Made by a program: the position numbers and the translations under genes. DNA of 64,000 bases from a virus (Duplodnaviria > Caudoviricetes): the IMG/VR virus record IMGVR_UViG_3300050587_000151, positions 5,055 through 69,054 of that record. One strand, 5' to 3'. Each line of letters starts with the position of its first letter. Within the stretch, counting starts at the first letter, position 1. Positions 9,075 to 17,834 of the stretch are shown piece by piece. Under the pieces are notes generated by a model. It had not been told where the DNA came from. It ran no database searches and saw only the letters and a program-made list of their open reading frames with translations.

Positions 9075-9145
9075 AGCCAAGGACAGGATTCGAACCTGCA
9101 TCTTGGGCATTACAAATGCCCGGCTTTGCGTTAAGCTACCTTGGC
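9075..9145 (-). tRNA. tRNA-Thr(UGU)
   Basis: Acceptor GCCAAGG/CCTTGGC, anticodon arm GGGCA-TTTGTAA-TGCCC, T arm GCAGG-TTCGAAT-CCTGT; short D loop lacking GG; no CCA. Confidence 0.88.
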
Positions 9146-9150
9146 ATGAC

Positions 9151-9575
9151 GACAACCCCCGGTACGAGAGTTGTCCAACTTGGCGAAGAGGAGTCGGCCC
9201 CCGCCGAAGGCACACATCCGTCCACCCAAAGACAAGCTAGCCACCCCAACCCTGCCGGCAATACGTTTGGGATACACACTCAGCTTGCCTCGCTCCTCTT
9301 CAAATTTGATGGGACCAGCAAGACTCACACCTGCTACATTGGGGGCCTCGCCGCTACGTATCGACGTGTCCCGCACGATTGCTCGTAAGCTCGATTCTTC
9401 GCTTTTGGTCCCGAACTGACGCAGGGTACGGATTTCCGCCGTTGGACTTTCGCAAGCAAGAACTGCTCCCGCCAGCAGCGCCCTTTGGATAGCGTGGTCC
9501 GCCACGCCCTCCAACACGTTTACCGACAGTTTGCTTTGCGAGTTCGCCTGTCACGATCCTGCACAAAACTTGTTG
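9151..9575 (-). ncRNA. Candidate large structured ncRNA upstream of the tRNA cluster
   Basis: Three consecutive closed domains (GCAGG/CCTGC; GGGACCA/TGGTCCC; GAAGAGGAG/CTCCTCTTC+GCCA) with GNRA-capped hairpins, then an 11-bp hairpin. No convincing ORF. Confidence 0.6.
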
Positions 9576-9577
9576 CC

Positions 9578-9826
9578 CTACATAACCCGGTCGCCTTTGA
9601 TCTTGATCTCAAACTCTTCCGCAAGCCGTGGCTCGTAAGCATCAGCGCATTCCAGGTTGGTGCAAATCATGATGCTGTTCTCCGTCCACTCAAGCGAGCA
9701 ATCATGCGCCCCGTTGAGCATCGTCTCCCACGCCTCAGGCTCGTCGGTTGGCTGTACAAGCCGCGCCCATGCTTCGACCACCACTTCAAGATGATCGGCA
9801 GATTTGCATGTTGGGCATTGCCACAT
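9578..9826 (-). CDS. Zinc-finger hypothetical protein
   Basis: Starts WQCPTC; C-terminal CTNLEC. Confidence 0.65.
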   Translation of the reverse strand: MWQCPTCKSADHLEVVVEAWARLVQPTDEPEAWETMLNGAHDCSLEWTENSIMICTNLECADAYEPRLAEEFEIKIKGDRVM

Positions 9827-10047
9827 AAGAACCTCGTGTGCTTACCACCGATTGTAGCCATGTAGCTTTCGATGCCATCCTAGACTACAAACACAGCATC
9901 TGTATTCCCATTCTTGATCGGCTTCCGCCTTGCGTCATGCGTACCAAGAATGCACAAAGTAACACCAACAGCCGACAACGCCTCGTACCGTGTCAGCTAG
10001 CATTTCCCAAATCCAGCAATATCTCATTGTCGTGCTTCACCTGTCCC

Positions 10048-11172
10048 TTACACTGCTGTGCCAAGCGCCACAGGCTCTCCTGGGCACGGTCGCCCACGAG
10101 CCGCCGCCTCCTTGGCAAACACCAGCTCCTGGGCTTCTGCGTCAAAATCAATCACTACCCGCTCGCCTGCCTCGACTTGCGCGGTCGCAATCAAATTGGC
10201 AATCGACTGGATGATGCTTTTCTCGACTGCCCTGCGAAGCTGGCGGGCGCCATACTTCATGTCTGTGCCATTGGCTAGGATATGCTCTTTCGCAGCAGGG
10301 CTGACAATCAGGCTGATTGCCTTTGTTTGCACGATACGCTCGTAGGCAAGACGCAGCTCGATTTCCAAGATTTGTTCAAGTTCAGGTTTGCCGAGCGGCT
10401 TAAAGACAATTATCTTGTCCAACCGATTGATGAATTCCGGCGTAAACTTGCGCCGCGCTGCCTCAACGCCGGCCTGCGAGATCTTCGAAGCCAGCTTATC
10501 GTCCATCGGCGTCGAGGCGCCTGTTGACGGCTGGGCAAGAAATCCCAGCCTTGGACTCAACAAGTTCGCCATCTCCCGCGCGCCGAGGTTCGAAGTCATG
10601 AAGATCATCGCTCGTCCAAAGTCAACTCGTTGGCCGTCGCCGAGCGTTAGCGTGGCCTTGTCCAGGATCCCCAGCAGCAGGTTCCACAGCGAATCGCTTG
10701 CCTTCTCGATCTCGTCGAAAAGCAGTATCGACAGCTTTAGTTTGTCGGTATAAAATTCCGATAAACGTTGTTGGCTGAGCATTGGCTTGGTTTCCCTGTG
10801 GCCAAGGTACCCTGGCGGACTGCCAATTATCTTCGATATTTCATGGCTGTGCTGAAACTCCGCGCAGTCAATCTTTATCACCGCTCGTGTGGTGTGAAAC
10901 AACGCGTCAGCGAGCACCTCGACGATCCGGGTCTTGCCCGAGCCGGTCGGGCCGAGAAACAGGAAGTTGCCGACCGGCTTGCCCGGTTGCCCGATCCCTG
11001 CCAAGAATGTCTGGTACACATCCACTATCCCGCCAATCGCGTCGTCTTGGCCAATGATGAAGCTGTGCAGATAACTCGTCAGCTCCGATGCCGCAGTGCC
11101 TACCTTCGACGTGTCTAGGTCAATCAATGGCGGAGAAGTTTTTGCCACAAGTGTCTCCAAAGGAACAAGCAC
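10048..11172 (-). CDS. Single-domain ClpB/ClpA D2-type AAA+ ATPase
   Basis: IIGQDDA, FLFLGPTGSGKT, IDCAEFQHSHEISKIIGSPPGYLG, LFDEIEKA, MTSNLG, FTPEFINRLD, YGARQLRR. Confidence 0.93.
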   Translation of the reverse strand: MLVPLETLVAKTSPPLIDLDTSKVGTAASELTSYLHSFIIGQDDAIGGIVDVYQTFLAGIGQPGKPVGNFLFLGPTGSGKTRIVEVLADALFHTTRAVIKIDCAEFQHSHEISKIIGSPPGYLGHRETKPMLSQQRLSEFYTDKLKLSILLFDEIEKASDSLWNLLLGILDKATLTLGDGQRVDFGRAMIFMTSNLGAREMANLLSPRLGFLAQPSTGASTPMDDKLASKISQAGVEAARRKFTPEFINRLDKIIVFKPLGKPELEQILEIELRLAYERIVQTKAISLIVSPAAKEHILANGTDMKYGARQLRRAVEKSIIQSIANLIATAQVEAGERVVIDFDAEAQELVFAKEAAARGRPCPGEPVALGTAV

Positions 11173-11231
11173 AGCAAGCCAAGAGGGGCAGCACTGACAA
11201 CATGAGCTAGCTCACAACCCGCGCACATAGT

Positions 11232-11552
11232 CTATCCTCGATAACTCCACGTGGTGATAACAATATAGCAACCGTGCTTTGGGCACCACGCTTTGAATTC
11301 TGCGTTGGTGTCAAATGTGCCTCCATTAGCTTCCCACCACCCTGTACCAAATACAAAGATTGGCACGTCATTACAGGTTGGACACATTAATGTATCTCCA
11401 TCCCTTATGCAATCTGCATCGATTTCTACTTTGTTCGGCGAACAGATTTGTGCATATAGGCCATCACAACACGGTGTTACACCAGGTATGATTATGGACG
11501 GTTGCCGCTGCGTGTTGTTTGGCATAAGCGTACAGTGATGTTGATGATTCAT
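11232..11552 (-). CDS. Cys-rich hypothetical protein
   Basis: 106 aa with CPTC and WCPKHGC; coupled to the upstream gene. Confidence 0.6.
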   Translation of the reverse strand: MNHQHHCTLMPNNTQRQPSIIIPGVTPCCDGLYAQICSPNKVEIDADCIRDGDTLMCPTCNDVPIFVFGTGWWEANGGTFDTNAEFKAWCPKHGCYIVITTWSYRG

Positions 11553-12280
11553 GTCATCTGCCCTCTCGCCTCTTTCGCAATCGCACCGACATAAGCGTTC
11601 AACGTGTAATCGCTCAGCAACGCAGGTGCTTTGTTTGCCTCAAGCACCACCGCCCTGCCATTCTGTGTCCACAACACGTCAATTGCAGCGAAGTCGTAAC
11701 CACAGGCCGTGCACGCCATTCGTGCAGCTTCGCGTACCGCATCCGGCATCTCGAAGCCCCTGAACTGTAAATACCACCCGTTGCTACGGCTGCGTACAGG
11801 AAGCGTCCTCGTCGGTTGCTCGACCTGCACTTTCATGCCCCTGGCAATTGACCTGCCTTTGAAGATATGCACCCGGTATTCATGTGCTACGTTGGCTACC
11901 GCTTCAACCCACCATTCACGGCCCAGCCATCTACGGCCAAACCGATTCGGCGGCCGATATGCCGGTCCACAAATATCTGATCCGTGGGTGTGAAACAAGC
12001 GCCGGCCCCATACTTGCCGCCCGTCGCGCACCCACTCTTGGGCTTGCTCCACGCTTGTTGTGTATGCTGGTACATTCAGGCCAGCATTGCGAAACGCCGC
12101 TAGCTGCTCAAGCGCATTGAGGCGCCGGGTGGCATTCAACGCACCTGGCACGCCTGATGTTCCCCAACACACAACAAGCGTGCCATCGATGTTTGTTGTT
12201 GCGTCTTGCAACCGCCGTGTGCTGGGCCAATTAGGGCCGATTATTTTAATCATTCTGCGCAGTACCTTCAATATGCACAT
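11549..12280 (-). CDS. phiEco32-type ATP-grasp ligase
   Basis: EYRVHIF, VRSRSNGW, GYDFAAIDVL, VLEANKAP. Confidence 0.85.
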   Translation of the reverse strand: MCILKVLRRMIKIIGPNWPSTRRLQDATTNIDGTLVVCWGTSGVPGALNATRRLNALEQLAAFRNAGLNVPAYTTSVEQAQEWVRDGRQVWGRRLFHTHGSDICGPAYRPPNRFGRRWLGREWWVEAVANVAHEYRVHIFKGRSIARGMKVQVEQPTRTLPVRSRSNGWYLQFRGFEMPDAVREAARMACTACGYDFAAIDVLWTQNGRAVVLEANKAPALLSDYTLNAYVGAIAKEARGQMT

Positions 12281-13097
12281 CAGTGTATCGGTTTATATGT
12301 CTGGCTAGCCAAGCCCGACCAACATCTCTAGCCGTTGCTCTTGGCGCGATTGTCATCTCGTTGATATTCGCTGTGGCTACTGGTTGTTCAAGACCCCTTT
12401 CAAGAGCGCCAAGAGTAAGCCCATATTCAACAGCGCGCGGAGCAGTTGTTTGACCAGATTGCTCGACCGTGATGGCTTTGCCGGCCAGCATCTCCACCAG
12501 CTCCTCCCGCAACGTAGTCTCATCAACAAACTGCTTGCCGGCATGCTTGGTGCCCGCAACAGTTGCGGCAACAATTGCAGCCAGGTCACCGTCTTGTAAT
12601 GTAAAACCCTCCCGCACAAACCGCATTACACGCTTCAACGTCTTTCGTGGCCTGATCCTCTCCGGGCCAAGCAGCCGTAGCGTACGGTTGCGCAGATCCT
12701 CTTGAAATTGCTCGTGACAGTCACCACGCCAGCAGTCACGCGCTGCCGAGTAACCTACCCTCGCACAGCATATTGTGAAGTCGAAGGTTGTCTCTACGTG
12801 ATCCTGCGAGGCGTAGATAATCTGAATTGGCAAGATACCGTAAAGCCGCCATTCCGCAAAGGTTGGTGGCTTCCAAATACTGGCAGGGATATCCCTCAAT
12901 ATGCCAAGCTGCACGTTGTAGCCTATCTGCGCTGTTGTGAATATGTCTATGTCACTCGGTTGAGCGCCGCGCAATGTGTCCCGAACAAATCCGCCAGCTA
13001 CGATTGCGTTAGCATGATTGTCTTGCAACAACCGCACTGCCGACGCAGGCAACGCCGCAACAACCTTCGCTACTGCTTCTTGTTCAAGTTCAATCAT
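12246..13097 (-). CDS. Nucleotidyltransferase, CCA-adding/poly(A) polymerase head-domain type
   Basis: VAGGFVRD, SDIDIF, FDFTIC, RVMRF. Confidence 0.8.
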   Translation of the reverse strand: MIELEQEAVAKVVAALPASAVRLLQDNHANAIVAGGFVRDTLRGAQPSDIDIFTTAQIGYNVQLGILRDIPASIWKPPTFAEWRLYGILPIQIIYASQDHVETTFDFTICCARVGYSAARDCWRGDCHEQFQEDLRNRTLRLLGPERIRPRKTLKRVMRFVREGFTLQDGDLAAIVAATVAGTKHAGKQFVDETTLREELVEMLAGKAITVEQSGQTTAPRAVEYGLTLGALERGLEQPVATANINEMTIAPRATARDVGRAWLARHINRYTDVHIEGTAQND

Positions 13098-13434
13098 TGG
13101 CTATCCCTACAGCATGTGCAAACGTGTAACACTCCACACCATCCTCAAAGCACTTCGCTTTGTCCCGATACACAAGTACCTTGGCCTTCACGCCGCATTG
13201 TTTCGCGGCGGCCTTAATGTCGAGCGGTGTAAGACGGGGGCGCTCATATTCCCGGCCCCCACAAATCGCGCACTCGCGAAACTTGTTGACTTGTCCGATC
13301 ATTCCGACATACGGCCAATCTGGATCGCACTCGTGACACAGCACGTGGAACCGTCGCACGTCAGCCTGCGTGCCGCGGGCAACCTTAATCACCACATGCA
13401 CCGCAGGCGTTGTAGTTCGCATCGTCATACTCAC
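13090..13434 (-). CDS. Hypothetical protein with CxxC pairs
   Basis: Contains CHEC and CAIC; coupled to its neighbours. Confidence 0.6.
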   Translation of the reverse strand: MSMTMRTTTPAVHVVIKVARGTQADVRRFHVLCHECDPDWPYVGMIGQVNKFRECAICGGREYERPRLTPLDIKAAAKQCGVKAKVLVYRDKAKCFEDGVECYTFAHAVGIAND

Positions 13435-13787
13435 CTGGCTCCCTTCAGCTCGCGCAAGACATCGGCGGCATCGCGGTCAGCGCCTGCGCTTTCTCCGGCT
13501 TGCCCGCCCCCGCCTTCCGCGTCTGTCAACAAATGCTTCGCGGTTTTGTCGATCCCCGCGGTTTGTACATTCATCGCGGCGCTTAACAGCTCGATTGCCT
13601 TAAGACGCTTGTCAAGCGAGGCATCCTCCTTTGCAAGCTCTGCCTCGACTGCGTCAACTTGCTTGCTAACCAGCTCGCGAATCCTGCGATTAAGGCGAGC
13701 AGCTTCGCGCATATCCTGCTCAAGCACCTTGCGCGGGGTTTGGACTGCGCCCACTGGCCGACCTGGCGCTCGTTTCGCGTTACGCAC
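13431..13787 (-). CDS. Coiled-coil hypothetical protein
   Basis: Basic GRP N-terminus followed by a helical heptad-like region. Confidence 0.65.
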   Translation of the reverse strand: MRNAKRAPGRPVGAVQTPRKVLEQDMREAARLNRRIRELVSKQVDAVEAELAKEDASLDKRLKAIELLSAAMNVQTAGIDKTAKHLLTDAEGGGGQAGESAGADRDAADVLRELKGAR

Positions 13788-14964
13788 AGACTACCCTCCG
13801 CTGCCCAAAATGCTCAGCCTGCCGCAACGCAACTGCAAGACATTGTTTGCAGACTAGCGCTTCTTTTTTGCCCACGGTTATCGTTTTGCATTTCAGGCAA
13901 AGATACGTGCCGTTGACCAACGGCCGTGATGAATGCTTGCCCTCTGCTAGCAGCCCTTCAAAATCAGCGTCATGTCCAGCTTGTGACGCATCAGCCCTCT
14001 CGGCGCTTGTTCGCCTTGAAGTACCGCCCGAGTCGCTGCTTGATGCTGCGCTTGCGCTTGGAGCTGGTAGGGCTTTCGGCGGATCTGCTACGAAAGGGAG
14101 GCTTGTAGCCCCTCCGCGTACCGCATTCCTGCATGGCCAATCATGCCAATCGGACGAATACGCATCGCCATCTTGACATGTGCATACCATGCTTCTGCAA
14201 GTCGGGCACCATCTCTGCTTGGTACGTGTACCGCAGTAGTCGTAGTTGTTGCCTGATGCGAAGCCTCGGTACCCAAATCGCAGCGGCCCGCTAACCATCA
14301 ACGTCTCTTCACCGCTCGCCTCAACTTGCACAAAGTACAGCCGCTCGGTCTTAAACTCGTATCCGCATTGAACTTCAACCCCCGCCATGCGGGCGGCCTT
14401 CCGCACTGGCCCTTCAGTTGAGCAATACACAATCTCGCCAGTCTTCAGTCGAAACAGCGCCAGCTCGCCGCCGTTAAACTTTGCGAACCGAAGTTGCATT
14501 GGCCCGTTTGGCGTTTCATTTTCGTACCACACCAGTGCTCCGTAGCCAGCAATCTCCGCGGTATCCTTGCCCTCTGCCAGATGCGCGTAGATATGCATGC
14601 TGTCAACATCGAATTTGCGTTTATACTTGCGCGACAGCCCCTCGTGATTCGCCACAATACCGTTGTGCACGCCGATTATCAGGCCGCCCTCTTCGCCCTC
14701 GACGGTCTTGCGCCAGATCCATGGATGCTGGTTGTCAAGCGTGACCTTGCCAGTCGATGCCCTGCGCGTGTGGTACAGCAACGCTGGCCATTGAGGCAGC
14801 TCAAAGCTACCCGTGATAGGCCCAAGATGCTTGATGACATGCTCAGGCGTGCCGTCTGTCACGCCCCACGAGTCGTCCCCCCGTTCTTCCATCTCCCACG
14901 CGAGAAATGGCAACATCCGCTCAACTGCTGGTGTACGCCGTGAGGCGCCGAAGATTCCGCACAT
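13780..14964 (-). CDS. Class II (Ntn) glutamine amidotransferase with C-terminal Cys motifs
   Basis: Starts MCGIFG; RGDDSWG, HTRRAS, NQHP, HNGIV, VDS. Confidence 0.9.
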   Translation of the reverse strand: MCGIFGASRRTPAVERMLPFLAWEMEERGDDSWGVTDGTPEHVIKHLGPITGSFELPQWPALLYHTRRASTGKVTLDNQHPWIWRKTVEGEEGGLIIGVHNGIVANHEGLSRKYKRKFDVDSMHIYAHLAEGKDTAEIAGYGALVWYENETPNGPMQLRFAKFNGGELALFRLKTGEIVYCSTEGPVRKAARMAGVEVQCGYEFKTERLYFVQVEASGEETLMVSGPLRFGYRGFASGNNYDYCGTRTKQRWCPTCRSMVCTCQDGDAYSSDWHDWPCRNAVRGGATSLPFVADPPKALPAPSASAASSSDSGGTSRRTSAERADASQAGHDADFEGLLAEGKHSSRPLVNGTYLCLKCKTITVGKKEALVCKQCLAVALRQAEHFGQRRVVCA

Positions 14965-14997
14965 AGTTGGTTGCCTTTTGTTGTTGTTGTTGTCTTG

Positions 14998-16050
14998 CTA
15001 CGCTGCTTGGGCGGCTTGCAGCCGTCTTGCTTTTGCCGCCGCCCATGTTGCCACGAATCCTGGCATGTACTGTTTTGTAAAGTCCATCAGGCTGCTGACC
15101 TTAGCCGCCTGGTTGTCATTCAACTTCGTTGCTGTCTCGACAAACCAGCCACACCACAACGGCCAGCACACAAGATCTTGTACATCGACTGTGCCTTCGT
15201 GCATACGAAACTCAACCGTGCCGCGGTGCAGCCAGGAATGTAGATTCAGCCCAAGGTAACGTGCGCTGCGAGCGTAAGCGTTATCCCGGCCCGCGCCGTA
15301 CTTGTCACATCTAATGTGCGAGATCTTTCTGAAATCCCAAGTGCCATACAGCAGTTCGTATAACGCCTTCTTGATTGTGCTTGTTGTCGTAGCGGCCAGC
15401 AAGTTTGGCATGATTTCTCGACGGGTAGCGTTAAACTTGCCGCAGAACCTGTTCCGTGACCGCTCTCGCGTTGCGAGCTGGGTATAGATGTCATCCTCCA
15501 CCGCCAGGTACATCCGCAACAATCTCCGAATGTCCCAATACGATAAATCCCGGCCGTCTACATGCACATGCAGCCCACAGGTTGCATCAACATCTGTATT
15601 GCACCTAAACAGCGCGCCGCCAAGCTCGATCATGGCAGCAAGAAACTTATCTCCCGCCAACGGGCACGTTACAAGCTCATTGCCGCTTGTCACGCTGCCG
15701 TCGTGCATGACGTTGTATGTAAGATTCTTGGGTTTCCATTCTTTTTGCAAGCTGCCCCATGAGGACAGTTCAACTTCGATGCCAATCGGTCTTGAAAGCG
15801 TGTTAACAAGCACACCGAGACCTGTCGCGGCTTGCACGCCCTTCATGACGGCCGGCATTCGTCGGCACTTGCATCCACGCCTGCACCTGCCGCATGTGCT
15901 ACAGGGCTTCTCGTATCGGTCGTGTTTCGTGTTGCACGTAGAACACTGTATACACGTGCAACCGCAACCCGTGCAGCGCGAGCATGTCTTGCAGACTTCT
16001 ACCTGTTGCATACACGTCCGGCATCGCTTGTAAGAAGCTGGTTTTTCCAT
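14998..16050 (-). CDS. Amidoligase_2 (COOH-NH2 ligase) with Cys-rich N-terminus
   Basis: IGIEVEL, HDGSV, ELVT, TCGLHVHV, RYLGLNL, TVEFRMHEGT. Confidence 0.9.
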   Translation of the reverse strand: MEKPASYKRCRTCMQQVEVCKTCSRCTGCGCTCIQCSTCNTKHDRYEKPCSTCGRCRRGCKCRRMPAVMKGVQAATGLGVLVNTLSRPIGIEVELSSWGSLQKEWKPKNLTYNVMHDGSVTSGNELVTCPLAGDKFLAAMIELGGALFRCNTDVDATCGLHVHVDGRDLSYWDIRRLLRMYLAVEDDIYTQLATRERSRNRFCGKFNATRREIMPNLLAATTTSTIKKALYELLYGTWDFRKISHIRCDKYGAGRDNAYARSARYLGLNLHSWLHRGTVEFRMHEGTVDVQDLVCWPLWCGWFVETATKLNDNQAAKVSSLMDFTKQYMPGFVATWAAAKARRLQAAQAA

Positions 16051-16057
16051 ACGACTC

Positions 16058-16768
16058 CTACGCAGCTACGCGTAGCATTCTTGAAACTGTATCCGCGTGA
16101 ATTTTTCTGCCTTGTGCAATTGAGGTCATGAGTGCCGATAGCTGGCGTTCATATGCTGCAATGTCTGGTGGGCAAGTAAACAACTTGTCGAACACTGTGG
16201 AATTGGCAACTGTGGTTTGTGTCCGAGTTACAATAGAGGGTAGCTCCCCTCTATTAATACTCCCCGCCCCGGTAGCAACCGCCAAAATGTCTGTCCAAAA
16301 GTTTACAAATAATTCTTTGTGGGCGGGTCGGTAATATGCCGCACCAAATCTCGACACCAGCACATCGGTAAGCTCGTTCGGCCTCTCAATAAACGGCCGC
16401 AGCCGTTGGATGCTGCTTACGCGTAGACCAACTACAAAGCACCCGTACATAAGCTCGACGAGCACATGCGCGTATCGGGCCTGTGTAACCTCGCGGACTA
16501 TGTTGACTACTTGTCCCGACGCATACGGCACAGCAAATCCCGCCTTAACGCGCAGCAACCCCCGCAACGCAATGAGCGTGCTTATGCCCCACTCTAGATC
16601 TTGTCCAAAATCCCTCGGCGCGAATGCTCTTGACCATGGGGGACTCGGCAGCAACTGTGTGTAAAGCATCTTATTATGGCTGCCGAACCTGCTAATTGCA
16701 TTTACCGTGCTCGTATTAATGCCGCAGAACACTACAGGCTGTTTTGCTTCTTGCCTCCAAGTAAACAC
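16058..16768 (-). CDS. Hypothetical protein
   Basis: 236 aa ORF in the operon, with a GGAG Shine-Dalgarno. Confidence 0.65.
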   Translation of the reverse strand: MFTWRQEAKQPVVFCGINTSTVNAISRFGSHNKMLYTQLLPSPPWSRAFAPRDFGQDLEWGISTLIALRGLLRVKAGFAVPYASGQVVNIVREVTQARYAHVLVELMYGCFVVGLRVSSIQRLRPFIERPNELTDVLVSRFGAAYYRPAHKELFVNFWTDILAVATGAGSINRGELPSIVTRTQTTVANSTVFDKLFTCPPDIAAYERQLSALMTSIAQGRKIHADTVSRMLRVAA

Positions 16769-16782
16769 AGCACACTCCTTAC

Positions 16783-17082
16783 CTAGCTGGAAAAGTACAT
16801 CGCGTCATCACCCAATCCTATGCGGGCAACCATGACCCCACAGCCCGGGCACCTAATCCACTTGATTGGACGGTGGTCAGTTGCCGTTACAGTATTCTGT
16901 TCCTCCATAGTCAGTAGCCACGCCTGCGCATAGGTTTGTTCACAAGTCCTACACATCGGGTCGTCAGCGGTTACTTGTTCGAACAGCTCGTTCCAAGCCC
17001 TGCTGTTTGAGTATTTGTTGAGTACTGTGGTGCCTTTGTAGATCAAGCACACAGCGTCCCCAGCTCTCGTGAGAGAGAACAT
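16783..17082 (-). CDS. Hypothetical zinc-binding protein
   Basis: Contains CRTC and CPGCG; GGAG Shine-Dalgarno. Confidence 0.6.
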   Translation of the reverse strand: MFSLTRAGDAVCLIYKGTTVLNKYSNSRAWNELFEQVTADDPMCRTCEQTYAQAWLLTMEEQNTVTATDHRPIKWIRCPGCGVMVARIGLGDDAMYFSS

Positions 17083-17112
17083 GCTTGCTCCTATACATGA
17101 AATAATTGCTAG

Positions 17113-17358
17113 TTAACTACCGTGTGAAACTCGACACACTGCCAACGCAGCAGGTTCGTCATATCCTGCAACGAACACTGCCGCTGTGTATTCTTTCATT
17201 CCACAATGGTCAGCCGCGGCTGTGATCCGCTTGATTGTTGATTGGGCCTCTATGTGGGTATGGACAATTGCTGTAAGAAGTGGAATTGCGGTTTGTGGGA
17301 TTTCATTCGCTACCCTCTCGCACAATCCACTCGCGTGACCAATACACTTCTCCGTCAT
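17113..17358 (-). CDS. Hypothetical protein
   Basis: Trimmed to ATG 17358 (MTEKCIG). Confidence 0.5.
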   Translation of the reverse strand: MTEKCIGHASGLCERVANEIPQTAIPLLTAIVHTHIEAQSTIKRITAAADHCGMKEYTAAVFVAGYDEPAALAVCRVSHGS

Positions 17359-17542
17359 CTTTTCGCACCTCAATGCAAAACGACTCAGGCTCTCCACGAA
17401 CCGCAACATCGAACAATCTTCGTGCGTAGCACAGCGCCGCATCCCATGAGAGCCATGGGCCGCCAGCAGGCTCAAGCCTGGAGAATTCAAGCCCTTCACT
17501 TGCAGGTCCCACACGCATCCATACAGCAAACCATCCGTCCAT
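17303..17542 (-). CDS. Hypothetical protein
   Basis: 79 aa; GGAGG upstream. Confidence 0.55.
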   Translation of the reverse strand: MDGWFAVWMRVGPASEGLEFSRLEPAGGPWLSWDAALCYARRLFDVAVRGEPESFCIEVRKDDGEVYWSREWIVREGSE

Positions 17543-17627
17543 TAGCTAACCTCCAAACGCTAATGATTACATAATTTACATCTACAGTGCGTTCGGGGGC
17601 CTGGTGGCTAACGCCTTTGCGACGCTT

Positions 17628-17834
17628 GATCTTTGTTTGGCCATGGGCAGCCAAGGTACTTTGCGTTAGGTTTGCTGGCTCGCAAATCTACCACAAAGGC
17701 CGTGCCTTATAACGGGTAGATGCTACCTACAGCTAACCATTTCACCTGTCTACCCACTGGCAACTGTGCCTTAGCAGCCGAGCAGCAAATTTGCTGCTGG
17801 CGCCCAAAATTGCCAGCTTGGCCAAACAAAGACC
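17628..17834 (-). ncRNA. Candidate structured RNA closed by a 16-bp helix
   Basis: GGTCTTTGTTTGGCCA pairs with TGGCCAAACAAAGATC (one G.U on the minus strand). Internal 18-bp palindrome at 17781-17798 and a 10-bp helix 17749-17758 / 17711-17720. Confidence 0.5.

Noticed and set aside
9131-9517. 128-aa ORF as a protein-coding gene
   Set aside because: It overlaps tRNA-Thr, has no Shine-Dalgarno and no recognisable motif, and the region is better explained by RNA structure.
9151-9575. Assignment as tmRNA, RNase P RNA, 5S rRNA, tRNA-Sec or group I/II intron
   Set aside because: There are only isolated short resemblances (GAAAGTCC, TCTTC-GCCA, a 121-nt domain). The T loop, tag ORF, P4 helix and intron core motifs are not present.
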